Source: Oscillospiraceae bacterium (GTDB lineage Bacteria; Bacillota; Clostridia; Oscillospirales; Ruminococcaceae). Taken from it: DNA of 50,775 nt. The translations under genes were made by a program, and so were the position numbers. Location: positions 1-50,775 of the forward strand of contig JAGADP010000134.1 of assembly GCA_017828885.1 (NCBI GenBank), read 5' to 3'. Below the pieces are notes generated by a model that was not told where the DNA came from, did not search any database, and saw only the letters and a program-made list of their open reading frames with translations. Positions 37,122 through 45,800 of the stretch are shown in pieces (position 1 is the stretch's first letter; each line of letters starts with the position of its first letter).

Positions 37122-39062
37122 ATGAGCCATCTGTATGACAGTTGGGATACAAGCTACAAATCGCCCTTTGGCGCCATCCGGAAGGGCAAGGTCTGCTATT
37201 TCCAGATCCGTCTGCCCAAGGAGGTCACGCCGGATTATGCGCCCTGTCTGGTGCTGTTCCGCACGGGCTTCCGGGAGCGCTTCATCAGCATGTTCCCCAT
37301 CAGCGAAGAGGAGGACTGCCGTGTCTGGGGCTGCGGCTATATCCCGAAGTATGTCGGCGTCCACTACTATTATTTTGCCTATACGCAGAACCGGGAGCGC
37401 TTTTTCATCAAGAAGACGGCCGGCCACATCGGCAACCTCAATGACGGCGACCTGTTCCAGCTCACTGTCTATGATGAGGACTTCGACACGCCCGATTTCC
37501 TCAAGGGCGGCGTGATGTACCAGATCTTCCCGGATCGCTTTGCTAAGAGCGGCAAGGTGCATGAGAATATCCCGGATGGCAGAGTCCTGCGGGATGACTG
37601 GGGCGGTACGCCCTGGCACCGGCCGGATGCGCACGGGCATGTCTGGAACAATGACTATTTCGGCGGCGACCTCGAGGGCATCCGCGAGAAGCTGCCCTAT
37701 CTGAAGGATCTCGGCGTGACGTGCATCTACCTGAACCCGATCTTCGAGAGCCACGAGAACCACCGCTACAACACCGCCAACTACCGCAAGGTAGACCCGC
37801 TCCTCGGCACGAACGAGGATCTGCAGACGCTGTGTGCAGATGCCAGGAAGCTCGGCATCTCCATTATTCTGGACGGCGTGTTCTCGCATACCGGCGCGGA
37901 CAGCATCTATTTCAATAAGTACGGCCGCTATGACAGTATCGGCGCCTACCAGTCGCAGGACAGCGAATACTACCCCTGGTACACGTTCTACAACTTCCCG
38001 GATGAGTACGAGGCATGGTGGGGCATCGATACCCTCCCGAACGTGCAGGAGAACAACAAGGAGTACACCCAGTTCATCTGCGGCGAGGGCGGCGTGCTGG
38101 ATTACTGGCTGAATATGGGCGTGGCAGGCTTCCGTCTTGACGTGGCGGACGAGCTGCCGGATGCCTTCCTCGACAATCTGCGCACCCGCGTGAAGAAGGT
38201 TGATGAGGACAAGATCGTCATCGGCGAGGTTTGGGAGGACGCCTCCAACAAGGAGGCCTACGGCGTAAAGCGCCGCTATCTCCTCGGCGCACAGCTCGAT
38301 TCCGTGATGAACTATCCCTTCCGCGAGGCGATCATCAACTATATCAAGGGCATGCGCAGCCGTGACTTCCGTCATGCGATCATGACCATTCTCGAAAACT
38401 ACCCGAAGCCGACGGTCGATGTGCTGATGAACTTCGTTTCGACACATGACATCGAGCGTGCGATCAACCGTTTCGGCGGCGAGAGCTGCGATGACAAATC
38501 CAAGGACTGGATGGCGGAGCGCTATCTGAACGAGCATGAATACTGGCTCGGCAAGTCCCGCCTGAAAGCGGCCACGGCGATCATGTTCTTCCTGCCGGGC
38601 GTGCCGTGCATCTACTACGGCGATGAAGCCGGCCTCCAGGGCTACAAGGATCCGTTCAACCGCCGCTGCTACCCGTGGGGACACGAGGATCAGGAGCTGA
38701 TCGACTTCCACACGGAGCTCTCCCGCATCCGGAAGGAGTACCGGGTATTCCGCACGGGTCAGATGAGCTTCCTCCCGGCACAGGACGATGTCATCGCCTT
38801 TGCCAGAACGCACGAAGGCTCGGGCTTTGCGGTACAGGTCTATGTCAACCGCTCCGAGCATGAGCAGCGTGTGCAGTTCTGCCCGTGGAAGGAGAACTAT
38901 CGCCTGTCCGGTGTGGAGCGTGGCACGATCGAGGGTGATACGGTCTATCTGGCACCGTTTGACTATGCCGTGATCGTCTGCCGTGCGCAGACCGGAGAAT
39001 CCCCCGTGGAGCAGGACGAATGTCCCCGCCCCGAGCACGAATCACATGTGCATCCCCTTTGA
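37122..39062 (+). CDS. GH13 alpha-glucosidase-family enzyme (neopullulanase/cyclomaltodextrinase-like)
   Basis: ORF 36939..39062. Start moved to ATG 37122 after TAGGAG. GH13 regions: ILDGVFSHTG, GFRLDVADEL, IGEVWED, FVSTHDIER. An N-terminal ~120-aa beta domain is present. Confidence 0.88.
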   Translation: MSHLYDSWDTSYKSPFGAIRKGKVCYFQIRLPKEVTPDYAPCLVLFRTGFRERFISMFPISEEEDCRVWGCGYIPKYVGVHYYYFAYTQNRERFFIKKTAGHIGNLNDGDLFQLTVYDEDFDTPDFLKGGVMYQIFPDRFAKSGKVHENIPDGRVLRDDWGGTPWHRPDAHGHVWNNDYFGGDLEGIREKLPYLKDLGVTCIYLNPIFESHENHRYNTANYRKVDPLLGTNEDLQTLCADARKLGISIILDGVFSHTGADSIYFNKYGRYDSIGAYQSQDSEYYPWYTFYNFPDEYEAWWGIDTLPNVQENNKEYTQFICGEGGVLDYWLNMGVAGFRLDVADELPDAFLDNLRTRVKKVDEDKIVIGEVWEDASNKEAYGVKRRYLLGAQLDSVMNYPFREAIINYIKGMRSRDFRHAIMTILENYPKPTVDVLMNFVSTHDIERAINRFGGESCDDKSKDWMAERYLNEHEYWLGKSRLKAATAIMFFLPGVPCIYYGDEAGLQGYKDPFNRRCYPWGHEDQELIDFHTELSRIRKEYRVFRTGQMSFLPAQDDVIAFARTHEGSGFAVQVYVNRSEHEQRVQFCPWKENYRLSGVERGTIEGDTVYLAPFDYAVIVCRAQTGESPVEQDECPRPEHESHVHPL

Positions 39063-39086
39063 TTCCTTCTGACGATAATTTCCAAC

Positions 39087-39117
39087 CAGCGCAGGACAGC
39101 CGTTCCTGCGCTGTTTC
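39087..39117 (+). terminator. probable terminator after the GH13 gene
   Basis: 10-bp stem CAGCGCAGGA / TCCTGCGCTG followed by only TTT. Confidence 0.45.
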
Positions 39118-39130
39118 CAGTATTTGAGGG

Positions 39131-39160
39131 TTGCGGCAACGCCGAGCGGTATGGTATGAT
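39131..39160 (+). promoter_or_regulatory. candidate promoter ahead of the structured leader
   Basis: TTGCGG (39131-39136), 18 nt, TGgTATGAT (TATGAT at 39155-39160). Confidence 0.4.
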
Positions 39161-39174
39161 ATACTTGTCGCTGG

Positions 39175-39367
39175 TGCAAAATGTACAAAGGACATTTTGC
39201 AGGCTGCAATACAGCCACAAAGCCGCTCAGCGGCTTTGCAGCGGCAAGTATAAACGGAGCGCACACGGCGCAATGCGCCGTCCGCCGTCCTTGACGGCGG
39301 TTTGCAAAATATCCATTTGGATATTTTGCAAAAGTGCGGAGTATGAGACTGTGGAAACGATCCACAG
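39175..39367 (+). other. array of six consecutive near-perfect hairpins (structured leader or repeat element)
   Basis: TGCAAAATGT/ACATTTTGCA (39175-39201). AAAGCCGC/GCGGCTTT (39219-39237), nested in GCTGCAA/TTGCAGC. GGCGCA-A-TGCGCC (39267-39279). CCGCCGTC/GACGGCGG (39282-39300). TTTGCAAAATATCCA/TGGATATTTTGCAAA (39301-39332). CTGTGGA/TCCACAG (39349-39367). Confidence 0.6.
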
Positions 39368-39382
39368 AAAGGGGTCAGTACT

Positions 39383-40153
39383 ATGCTGAAACAAAAACAT
39401 GCCGCCGTGGCAGCCTTGCTGATGGCGGCGGCCGCGGCGATGCTGTGCATCCCGGTGCAGGGCGCTGCTGCGGAAAGCTATGCCGACGAGGTCGTGACGC
39501 TCGTGAATGCGGAGCGTGCGGCGGCGGGTCTGGCGCCGGTGTATGCCGTGCCGGTGCTGCATGATGCGGCGGCAGTCCGTGCAGCGGAGACCGTGACGAG
39601 CTTCTCCCACACCCGCCCGGACGGCAGGAGCTGTTCGACCGTGCTGAACGATGCCGGGATCCCGTGGCGGATGACCGGCGAGAACATCGCCTACGGCTAT
39701 GCCACGCCGGAAGCGGTCGTGGACGGCTGGATGCATTCCGAGGGGCACAGAGCCAACATCCTGGGTGATTTCGACTACATCGGCGTTGGCGTGACCGAGC
39801 AGAACGGCACGCTCTACTGGGCGCAGGTCTTCACCGGCGGCGCAGTGCTGGATGGTGCCTATCTCCCCGGTGAGACGGCAGCGCCGGAGCCTGTAACGGA
39901 ACCGGAATCGACAGAGTCGCAGTTTTCCACAGATGAACCGGCACTGGTGGAAAACCCGGAGCCTACAGAAGCGCCTACAAACTCCTGCACAGAAGGGGAG
40001 TGTGGCAAGCCGTTCACCCTCTGTATCGGGGATGTGTGCCCCATCTACACCTGCACGGACGGCAACTGCACCGATCCGCTGCAAATGCTGCTGCGCTGTC
40101 TCGGCGGCAAAGGCTGCGGCGGCCTGAACGGGCTGTTCGGGTGCCGGAAATAA
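39383..40153 (+). CDS. secreted CAP/SCP (YkwD-like) domain protein with Cys-rich C-terminal tail
   Basis: Signal peptide, then CAP motifs (VNAERAAAGLAP…GENIAYG…HSEGHRANIL…YWAQVF). A PE-rich linker leads to a ~55-aa tail with 11 Cys. Confidence 0.82.
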   Translation: MLKQKHAAVAALLMAAAAAMLCIPVQGAAAESYADEVVTLVNAERAAAGLAPVYAVPVLHDAAAVRAAETVTSFSHTRPDGRSCSTVLNDAGIPWRMTGENIAYGYATPEAVVDGWMHSEGHRANILGDFDYIGVGVTEQNGTLYWAQVFTGGAVLDGAYLPGETAAPEPVTEPESTESQFSTDEPALVENPEPTEAPTNSCTEGECGKPFTLCIGDVCPIYTCTDGNCTDPLQMLLRCLGGKGCGGLNGLFGCRK

Positions 40154-40204
40154 CGCGAGCCCCCCCGACGGATCCCCGTGATCTGCCGGGGGTTTTTCCA
40201 TGAT

Positions 40205-40233
40205 TTGCTTTTTCCTGCGATCTGTGGTATAAT
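40205..40233 (+). promoter_or_regulatory. promoter of the 74-aa ORF
   Basis: TTGCTT (40205-40210), 17 nt, TGgTATAAT (TATAAT at 40228-40233). Confidence 0.55.
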
Positions 40234-40284
40234 AGAAGCAACGGCTCCGCAGCGAGCCCATCCTATCATGAAAGAGGTAACACT

Positions 40285-40509
40285 ATGAACCCGAAAGCAA
40301 TGATGCAGTTAAAGCCGATGATGGAGGAATTCCGTGACCGCCATCCGAGATTTGTGGAATTTTTCAGCTATGCCGGACAGAGCATCTCCGAGGATGCCCT
40401 CATCGAGATCGGCATCACCGATGCAGAAGGCAGAAAGATCATCACCAACATGCGCGTAGAACCGGAGGATCTGGAGCTGTTTGCCCTGATGCGGAGCATG
40501 CTCGGCTGA
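40285..40509 (+). CDS. small acidic hypothetical protein (74 aa)
   Basis: Has its own consensus promoter and the RBS AAAGAGG 7 nt upstream. No recognisable motif. Confidence 0.6.
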   Translation: MNPKAMMQLKPMMEEFRDRHPRFVEFFSYAGQSISEDALIEIGITDAEGRKIITNMRVEPEDLELFALMRSMLG

Positions 40510-40537
40510 ACGATCTGCCAAAAACGAAGATTGCTAC

Positions 40538-40566
40538 TTGATTTTTGGCATCAGCTATGCTATAAT
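40538..40566 (+). promoter_or_regulatory. promoter of the UDP-sugar pyrophosphorylase gene
   Basis: TTGATT (40538-40543), 17 nt, TGcTATAAT (TATAAT at 40561-40566). Confidence 0.55.
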
Positions 40567-40601
40567 GATTATAATTCTATGATAGCAGGAGGAATCCCTC
40601 T

Positions 40602-41828
40602 ATGGATTACGAACAGGCAAAAGCAAAACTGGAGCAGCTCGGCCAGACGCACCTGCTGCGCTGGTATGACGAGCTGAGCGATACCGAACAGGAGCAGCTT
40701 CTTGCACAGATCGACGAACTGGATCCGGAGCTGCTGGAGATCTTCAAGAACAAGGGTAACGATCAGGAAAGAGGCAAGATCGAGCCGCTCGGCGCGCTGA
40801 CGATCGACGACATCAACGAGAACCGTGCCCGCTTTGAGGCAGCAGGCCTTGAAGCCATCCGCGAGGGCAAGGTCGGCGCCGTGCTGCTGGCAGGCGGCAT
40901 GGGCACACGTCTCGGCTTTGACAAGCCCAAGGGCATGTACAACCTCGGCGAGACCCGCCCGCTGTACATCTTCGAGTGTCTCATCCACAACCTCATGGAG
41001 GTCGTGGACAAGGCAGGCACCTATGTGCCGCTGTTCATCATGACCAGCGAGAAGAACGACGAGGACACCCGCGAATTCCTCGAAGAAAACAAGTTCTTCG
41101 GCTACAATCCGGAGTATGTCCACTTCTTCATGCAGGCGATGGCACCGGCAGTTGATCCGGACGGCAAGATTTTGCTCGAGGAGAAGGGACGCATCGCCAC
41201 CTCCCCGAACGGCAACGGCGGCTGGTTCAAGTCGATGATGCGTGCCGGTTTCCTGGGACTGCTCCAGCGTGAGGGCATTGAGTGGCTGAATATCTTCGCC
41301 GTGGACAATGTGCTCCAGCGCATCGCAGACCCGTGCTTTGTGGGTGCGACGCTGCTGTCCGGCTGCGATTCCGGCTCCAAGGTGATCGCCAAGGCCGATC
41401 CGGAGGAGCGCGTCGGTGTGCTCTGCCTCGAGGACGGTGCGCCCTCGATCGTGGAGTACTACGAGATGACCGAGGAGATGGTCAAGAGCCGTGAAGCGGA
41501 CGGACGCCTGTCCTACAACTACGGCGTGATCCTGAACTATCTGTTCCAGACCTCGCACCTTGTGGACATGGTCAAGAACCAGATGTCTGTCCACATCGTA
41601 AACAAGAAGGTTCCCTACATCGACGACAACGGCGCCCTCGTGAAGCCGGAGGAGCCGAATGCCTACAAGTTCGAGGAGCTTGTGCTCGATATGATCCACA
41701 TGCAGAAGACCTGCCTGTCCTACGAGGTCGTGCGCAGCTATGAGTTTGCGCCGATCAAGAATGCGACCGGCGTGGATTCCGTGGAGACAGCAAAGGAACT
41801 GCTGAAACAGAATGGCGTGACACTGTAA
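40602..41828 (+). CDS. UDP-sugar / UDP-N-acetylhexosamine pyrophosphorylase (eukaryotic-type UDPGP/UAP family)
   Basis: LLAGGMGTRLGFDKPKGMY nucleotide-binding loop, SPNGNGG, and collinearity with the UDPGP family. 408 aa. Confidence 0.85.
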   Translation: MDYEQAKAKLEQLGQTHLLRWYDELSDTEQEQLLAQIDELDPELLEIFKNKGNDQERGKIEPLGALTIDDINENRARFEAAGLEAIREGKVGAVLLAGGMGTRLGFDKPKGMYNLGETRPLYIFECLIHNLMEVVDKAGTYVPLFIMTSEKNDEDTREFLEENKFFGYNPEYVHFFMQAMAPAVDPDGKILLEEKGRIATSPNGNGGWFKSMMRAGFLGLLQREGIEWLNIFAVDNVLQRIADPCFVGATLLSGCDSGSKVIAKADPEERVGVLCLEDGAPSIVEYYEMTEEMVKSREADGRLSYNYGVILNYLFQTSHLVDMVKNQMSVHIVNKKVPYIDDNGALVKPEEPNAYKFEELVLDMIHMQKTCLSYEVVRSYEFAPIKNATGVDSVETAKELLKQNGVTL

Positions 41829-41831
41829 GAA

Positions 41832-41998
41832 GCGGGGAGCCCCCGCTGGCATCCTGCTTTGAAAATTGAAAATGCACTTCTTCGGTTACCACATGTCCCC
41901 GACGCCTTCGGCGAAGGGGACATTGTTTTGCATTTTAAGCCATCGCAGCTAAAGCTGCTCCCATGCAGTTCTTTTGTGTTTCAGACAATGGTGCATTA
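41832..41998 (+). repeat. structured intergenic repeat R2, copy B (divergent)
   Basis: Starts 3 nt after TAA 41826-41828 with GCGGGG-AGC-CCCCGC. Hairpins TGTCCCC..GGGGACA and GCAGC-TAAA-GCTGC (41945-41958). TTTCAGACAATGGTGCATT is shared with copy C. Confidence 0.75.
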
Positions 41999-42288
41999 AG
42001 CTCTTTGCCCCAAAAGCGCGCCGTCCGAAGCCGCCGAAAACTCCTGTATGCTAAAATCAGCACCCTGCACAACTCCTGCCCCTCTCGCTTATGCATTCCT
42101 ACAAAGTTTTGAAAAAATGTAAGAAATTGCCGCTTTTCAGACGACTAATTGATAAAGGCATGTAACGTTCTGCCCCTTTTTTGCGATATATATAGTAAAG
42201 AGCAAAATATTCAGAAAATCTGCCTTGATTATTCTGCCCTGTTATGCTATGATAAAACCAACCAGAACCATCCGAAGGAGGGATCCTT

Positions 42289-43917
42289 ATGAAAAAACTA
42301 TTGGCAATCCTGACCGGCGCCGCCATGCTCCTTTGCAGCGTACCGCTCACGGCAGCGGCGGAGGATGTAAACACCGTGCCACGGCGTTTCATCGTCATGA
42401 AAAAGGCGCACTGCGTGACCTGTGATGTGCTGACTTTGCGGTGCGTTAATGATCCGTATATTGTCCCGGAGCGTTTTACCGGGGACGCTGCCGCCTATAT
42501 GGGCACCTACCTTCTTCTGCAAGAGGGCAAGGATCCGCTCGTGAATGCGCTCATCGCAGAAGCAGAATATGGCGATGTGATCGAGTACACCGGCTCCTCG
42601 ATGACGTGGCAGGATGGCACCATGTACAATGAGATGCACCGTAAGACCGTGGACGGCAAATATCCCGAGGACGGCGAGTGGAAGTATCGTGAGGGCGAAC
42701 GGTTCGACATCATCGGCACCGTGGCAGGCACGGACTATATCACCGAGCCGTATGATGACGGCTTCGAGGCGCCTGCACGCCAGCCGGAGATCATCATCAC
42801 CGATGCCGAGGGTGCGATGTACAGGGTCGTGCGGGAGGACAGCGTGGACATCCGGTTCCAGGTGGAGCTCGTGGAGGATCTGCCGATGTACCAGGACAAG
42901 CTGGCGGATCCTGAACAGAAGATCACGCCGAGCCTGCGGGAGAATATGCCGTGGGAGGGATCTTCTCAGCCGGTCATTATCACGCCCCGCACCTATTCGG
43001 CGGGCTATATCGAAAAGACTGCCGCCATTGTCAGCACCACAGCGGACGGCGATCCGTGGCTGGCTGCGCTCGACAGCCTGTACACGACCACCGGGACGGC
43101 GATCATGGACAAGCTGATGCTTGACCATACAAGCCGCATCTACACGAGCGCCTATACTCCGATGATCCTCGCAAACCTGACGGCAGAGCAGATCGAACAG
43201 GCGGCGCAGATGGACGAGGTGGCGTGTCTCTCGCTTGCGAAGTACTCCGACCTGTTCCATTATCAGACGATGTTCGTGGTGGCGGCAAAGGACGACGAGC
43301 AGGCGCATCTGTTCGAGATCTCGCAGAAGCGTTCCCGGACGGATGTCTCGGATGCGAGCACCTATGCGCACATGACCTTCCGGCTCAATGACTGGATGAG
43401 CGGCGGCTTCTTCACGGAGCAGTGCAAGGATCTGGAAGTGGGCGATATTGTCCTGTACAACTACAGTTTCTACTACAATGACGATTTTGACGAGTGCCTG
43501 TTCCTGAAACCGAGCCCGGGCACTAAGTTCCAGAAGCTCGGCAACACGGCGGACTGTCCGGCGCTGGCCGATGCCGTGCAGCCGACCTATGCCAACTGCT
43601 ACAAGCTTGTGGGCGATGAAGCTGCCATCCGTGCGGAGCTGCTCCGGCTCTACGGGACGGCATACCCGATCCCCTACGGCGATGTGAACATGGATGGCAC
43701 AGTGAACGCCTCGGATGCGGCGGTCATCCTGTACAACGCCGCCCTCATGGGCGCCTATGGCGGGAACACCTACCTGAATTTCTCGCAGGAAGCTTCTGCC
43801 GATGTGAACGGCGACGGCATCTGCAATGCGTCCGATGCGGCGATCGTGCTGCAATATGCGGCGGCGATCGGAGCCAATGCATTTGAGGGCGACCTGCAAG
43901 CCTATCTGCATTCATGA
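42289..43917 (+). CDS. secreted protein of unknown function with C-terminal dockerin
   Basis: Signal peptide MKKLLAILTGAAMLLCSVPLTAAA. The dockerin is GDVNMDGTVNASDAAVIL…ADVNGDGICNASDAAIVL. The N-terminal 450 aa are unassigned. Confidence 0.85.
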   Translation: MKKLLAILTGAAMLLCSVPLTAAAEDVNTVPRRFIVMKKAHCVTCDVLTLRCVNDPYIVPERFTGDAAAYMGTYLLLQEGKDPLVNALIAEAEYGDVIEYTGSSMTWQDGTMYNEMHRKTVDGKYPEDGEWKYREGERFDIIGTVAGTDYITEPYDDGFEAPARQPEIIITDAEGAMYRVVREDSVDIRFQVELVEDLPMYQDKLADPEQKITPSLRENMPWEGSSQPVIITPRTYSAGYIEKTAAIVSTTADGDPWLAALDSLYTTTGTAIMDKLMLDHTSRIYTSAYTPMILANLTAEQIEQAAQMDEVACLSLAKYSDLFHYQTMFVVAAKDDEQAHLFEISQKRSRTDVSDASTYAHMTFRLNDWMSGGFFTEQCKDLEVGDIVLYNYSFYYNDDFDECLFLKPSPGTKFQKLGNTADCPALADAVQPTYANCYKLVGDEAAIRAELLRLYGTAYPIPYGDVNMDGTVNASDAAVILYNAALMGAYGGNTYLNFSQEASADVNGDGICNASDAAIVLQYAAAIGANAFEGDLQAYLHS

Positions 43918-43952
43918 GCCCGATTTATCAAAATAAGAATGGAGGGATCCCT

Positions 43953-45533
43953 ATGAAAAAACTGTTTGCATTATTAGCTGCCACTGCCATGCTCCTGTGC
44001 AGCGTGCCGCTCTCAGCGATGGCGGAGGAAGCGGACGAAGTCCAGATGTATGTGGACATCACGCCGCGCACCCCCGAGGAAAAGCTCACGGAGGAGTTGC
44101 GGGATGAACTGGCACTGCAAACCGAGCTCATCCCCGTGGGGATCTGGCGGCGGAATTATACGGATGAATACAAGGAGCAGAAAATTCAGGAATATCTGTC
44201 CGGGTATGATCTCGACAACATGACCGAAAAAGAGCGGGTGGATGCGAAGACCATGGCACGGAACGCCGCAATGAAAGACCTGTACATCCCCGCCGGCGAA
44301 GCGCTCCTCGATGACCTCGGCGTGACCGGCGACAACCGGGGCTATATCAGCATGCTCACACCGACCATCACCTGCACGCTGACACCGGCGCAGATCCTAC
44401 AGGCGGCGGAGCGGGACGATGTGACCAGGATCTCCCTCAGCGGTGAGCCGAGCTACGTGGACTTCGAGACCGTCTTTGTCGTGACGGAAAAGACCGAGGA
44501 CAGTGCCTATCTGCTCCAGCTCACGGAGCAGAAGCTCTCGGACGGGCTGTATGCCGTGCTGAGCGATGAGAAGCTGGGCGAGGGCTATTTTGCGGAGCAT
44601 TTTGCAGACTATGCCGAGGGGGACATCCTCCTGTACACCGGCGGCTATTGGTATGCCGAGGAAAACGGCACGGCGGCATTCGACCGCATGAAGGGCAGCT
44701 TCCGGAAGATCGGCATTCTCGCCGAACACAAAACCATCGCCGATGCGATGGAAAAGACCGATACCGGCTATACGCTGCATGATGAGGGCGCTGTGCAGAC
44801 CTACGCATTGCAGCTTGCCGCACAGTCCAAGGCGGAGTTCGGCGATGTGAACTATGACGGCAGCATCAATGCTTCGGATGCGGCAGTCATCCTGATCGAC
44901 GCCGCCGATCGGGGCGCCACGGCGACCGAAAAGAGTACCGACCCGGAGCGTGACATCAACAAGGACGGCTTTGTCAATGCGTCCGATGCGGCGCTGGTGC
45001 TCAACTATGCGGCGGCACTCGGCGCCAAGGCCACCACGCTGGGGCTCCCGGCATATTTCCTCGAACTCGATCACACGGTGATGCGGGTCAGCGTGGCATA
45101 TGCAACGTCAAGGAAGAGTGAGATCCTCGACAGTGAGGAAGCGCTGACGGCGTTTTTCACGGAATCGTACCAGTCCCGGGAGATCGTCAGCGGCGCCGGC
45201 TTCAAAGACTGGCTGAGCAGTGATCGCCGTGATCCCGATGCCGTCCGCAGCGAGATAGCGGCGGTGTATGATGAGGCGTTCTTCGCAGAGCACAACCTTG
45301 CTGCGATCCCGATTGGAGAGGGCGACCTCCAGACACTGCCGGAGGTGCGTGGCATCACGACCACCGAGGGCGGTTCTGTGGTGATCGACATCGTCGATAA
45401 GAACCCCTATGGCTACAGCCAGCCGATGGAGGGGCGCTTCGTGGTACTGGTGGCAGTCGGCAAGGATGTGACCGATCCTGCACAGGTCACGGTGAACCGC
45501 ACCTTTGAACTGGCGGAGACTTATGGTTGGTGA
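43953..45533 (+). CDS. secreted protein of unknown function with an internal dockerin and ~155-aa C-terminal domain
   Basis: ORF 43914..45533. Start moved to ATG 43953 after GGAGGG; the RBS-to-signal-peptide region duplicates that of 42289. The dockerin GDVNYDGSINASDAAVIL…DINKDGFVNASDAALVL is encoded at ~44838-45062. Confidence 0.85.
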   Translation: MKKLFALLAATAMLLCSVPLSAMAEEADEVQMYVDITPRTPEEKLTEELRDELALQTELIPVGIWRRNYTDEYKEQKIQEYLSGYDLDNMTEKERVDAKTMARNAAMKDLYIPAGEALLDDLGVTGDNRGYISMLTPTITCTLTPAQILQAAERDDVTRISLSGEPSYVDFETVFVVTEKTEDSAYLLQLTEQKLSDGLYAVLSDEKLGEGYFAEHFADYAEGDILLYTGGYWYAEENGTAAFDRMKGSFRKIGILAEHKTIADAMEKTDTGYTLHDEGAVQTYALQLAAQSKAEFGDVNYDGSINASDAAVILIDAADRGATATEKSTDPERDINKDGFVNASDAALVLNYAAALGAKATTLGLPAYFLELDHTVMRVSVAYATSRKSEILDSEEALTAFFTESYQSREIVSGAGFKDWLSSDRRDPDAVRSEIAAVYDEAFFAEHNLAAIPIGEGDLQTLPEVRGITTTEGGSVVIDIVDKNPYGYSQPMEGRFVVLVAVGKDVTDPAQVTVNRTFELAETYGW

Positions 45534-45800
45534 GTGCGTGCCCGCACAGGGCAGGCGCACGCCCAGACGAGTTTAAACTGAAAATGCATCACATGCGCTG
45601 TTAGTGAACTGCAAGCCCGAAACAAAACCGTTGCAATGCACCATTGTCTGAACCCCCGAAGCGAGAAACAGGAGCAGCTTGCTGCGATGTGCTAAGAAAA
45701 AACAACGATGCCCCCTTTGGCGCAGCCATTGGGGGCATGTGTTCATGAAAAGCAGTGCAGTAACAATCTGCGAAGCAACCTGCCCGCCCGGGCTCCGGGC
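45534..45800 (-). repeat. structured intergenic repeat R2, copy C (fills a convergent intergenic gap)
   Basis: On the minus strand it starts directly after the aldolase stop (45801-45803) with GCCCGG-AGC-CCGGGC (45786-45800). Conserved TTGCTTCGCAGAT, ATGCCCCC..GGGGGCAT and GCAGC..GCTGC (45674-45685). The far end is a GC hairpin (45534-45560) abutting the TGA of the plus-strand gene. Confidence 0.85.
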
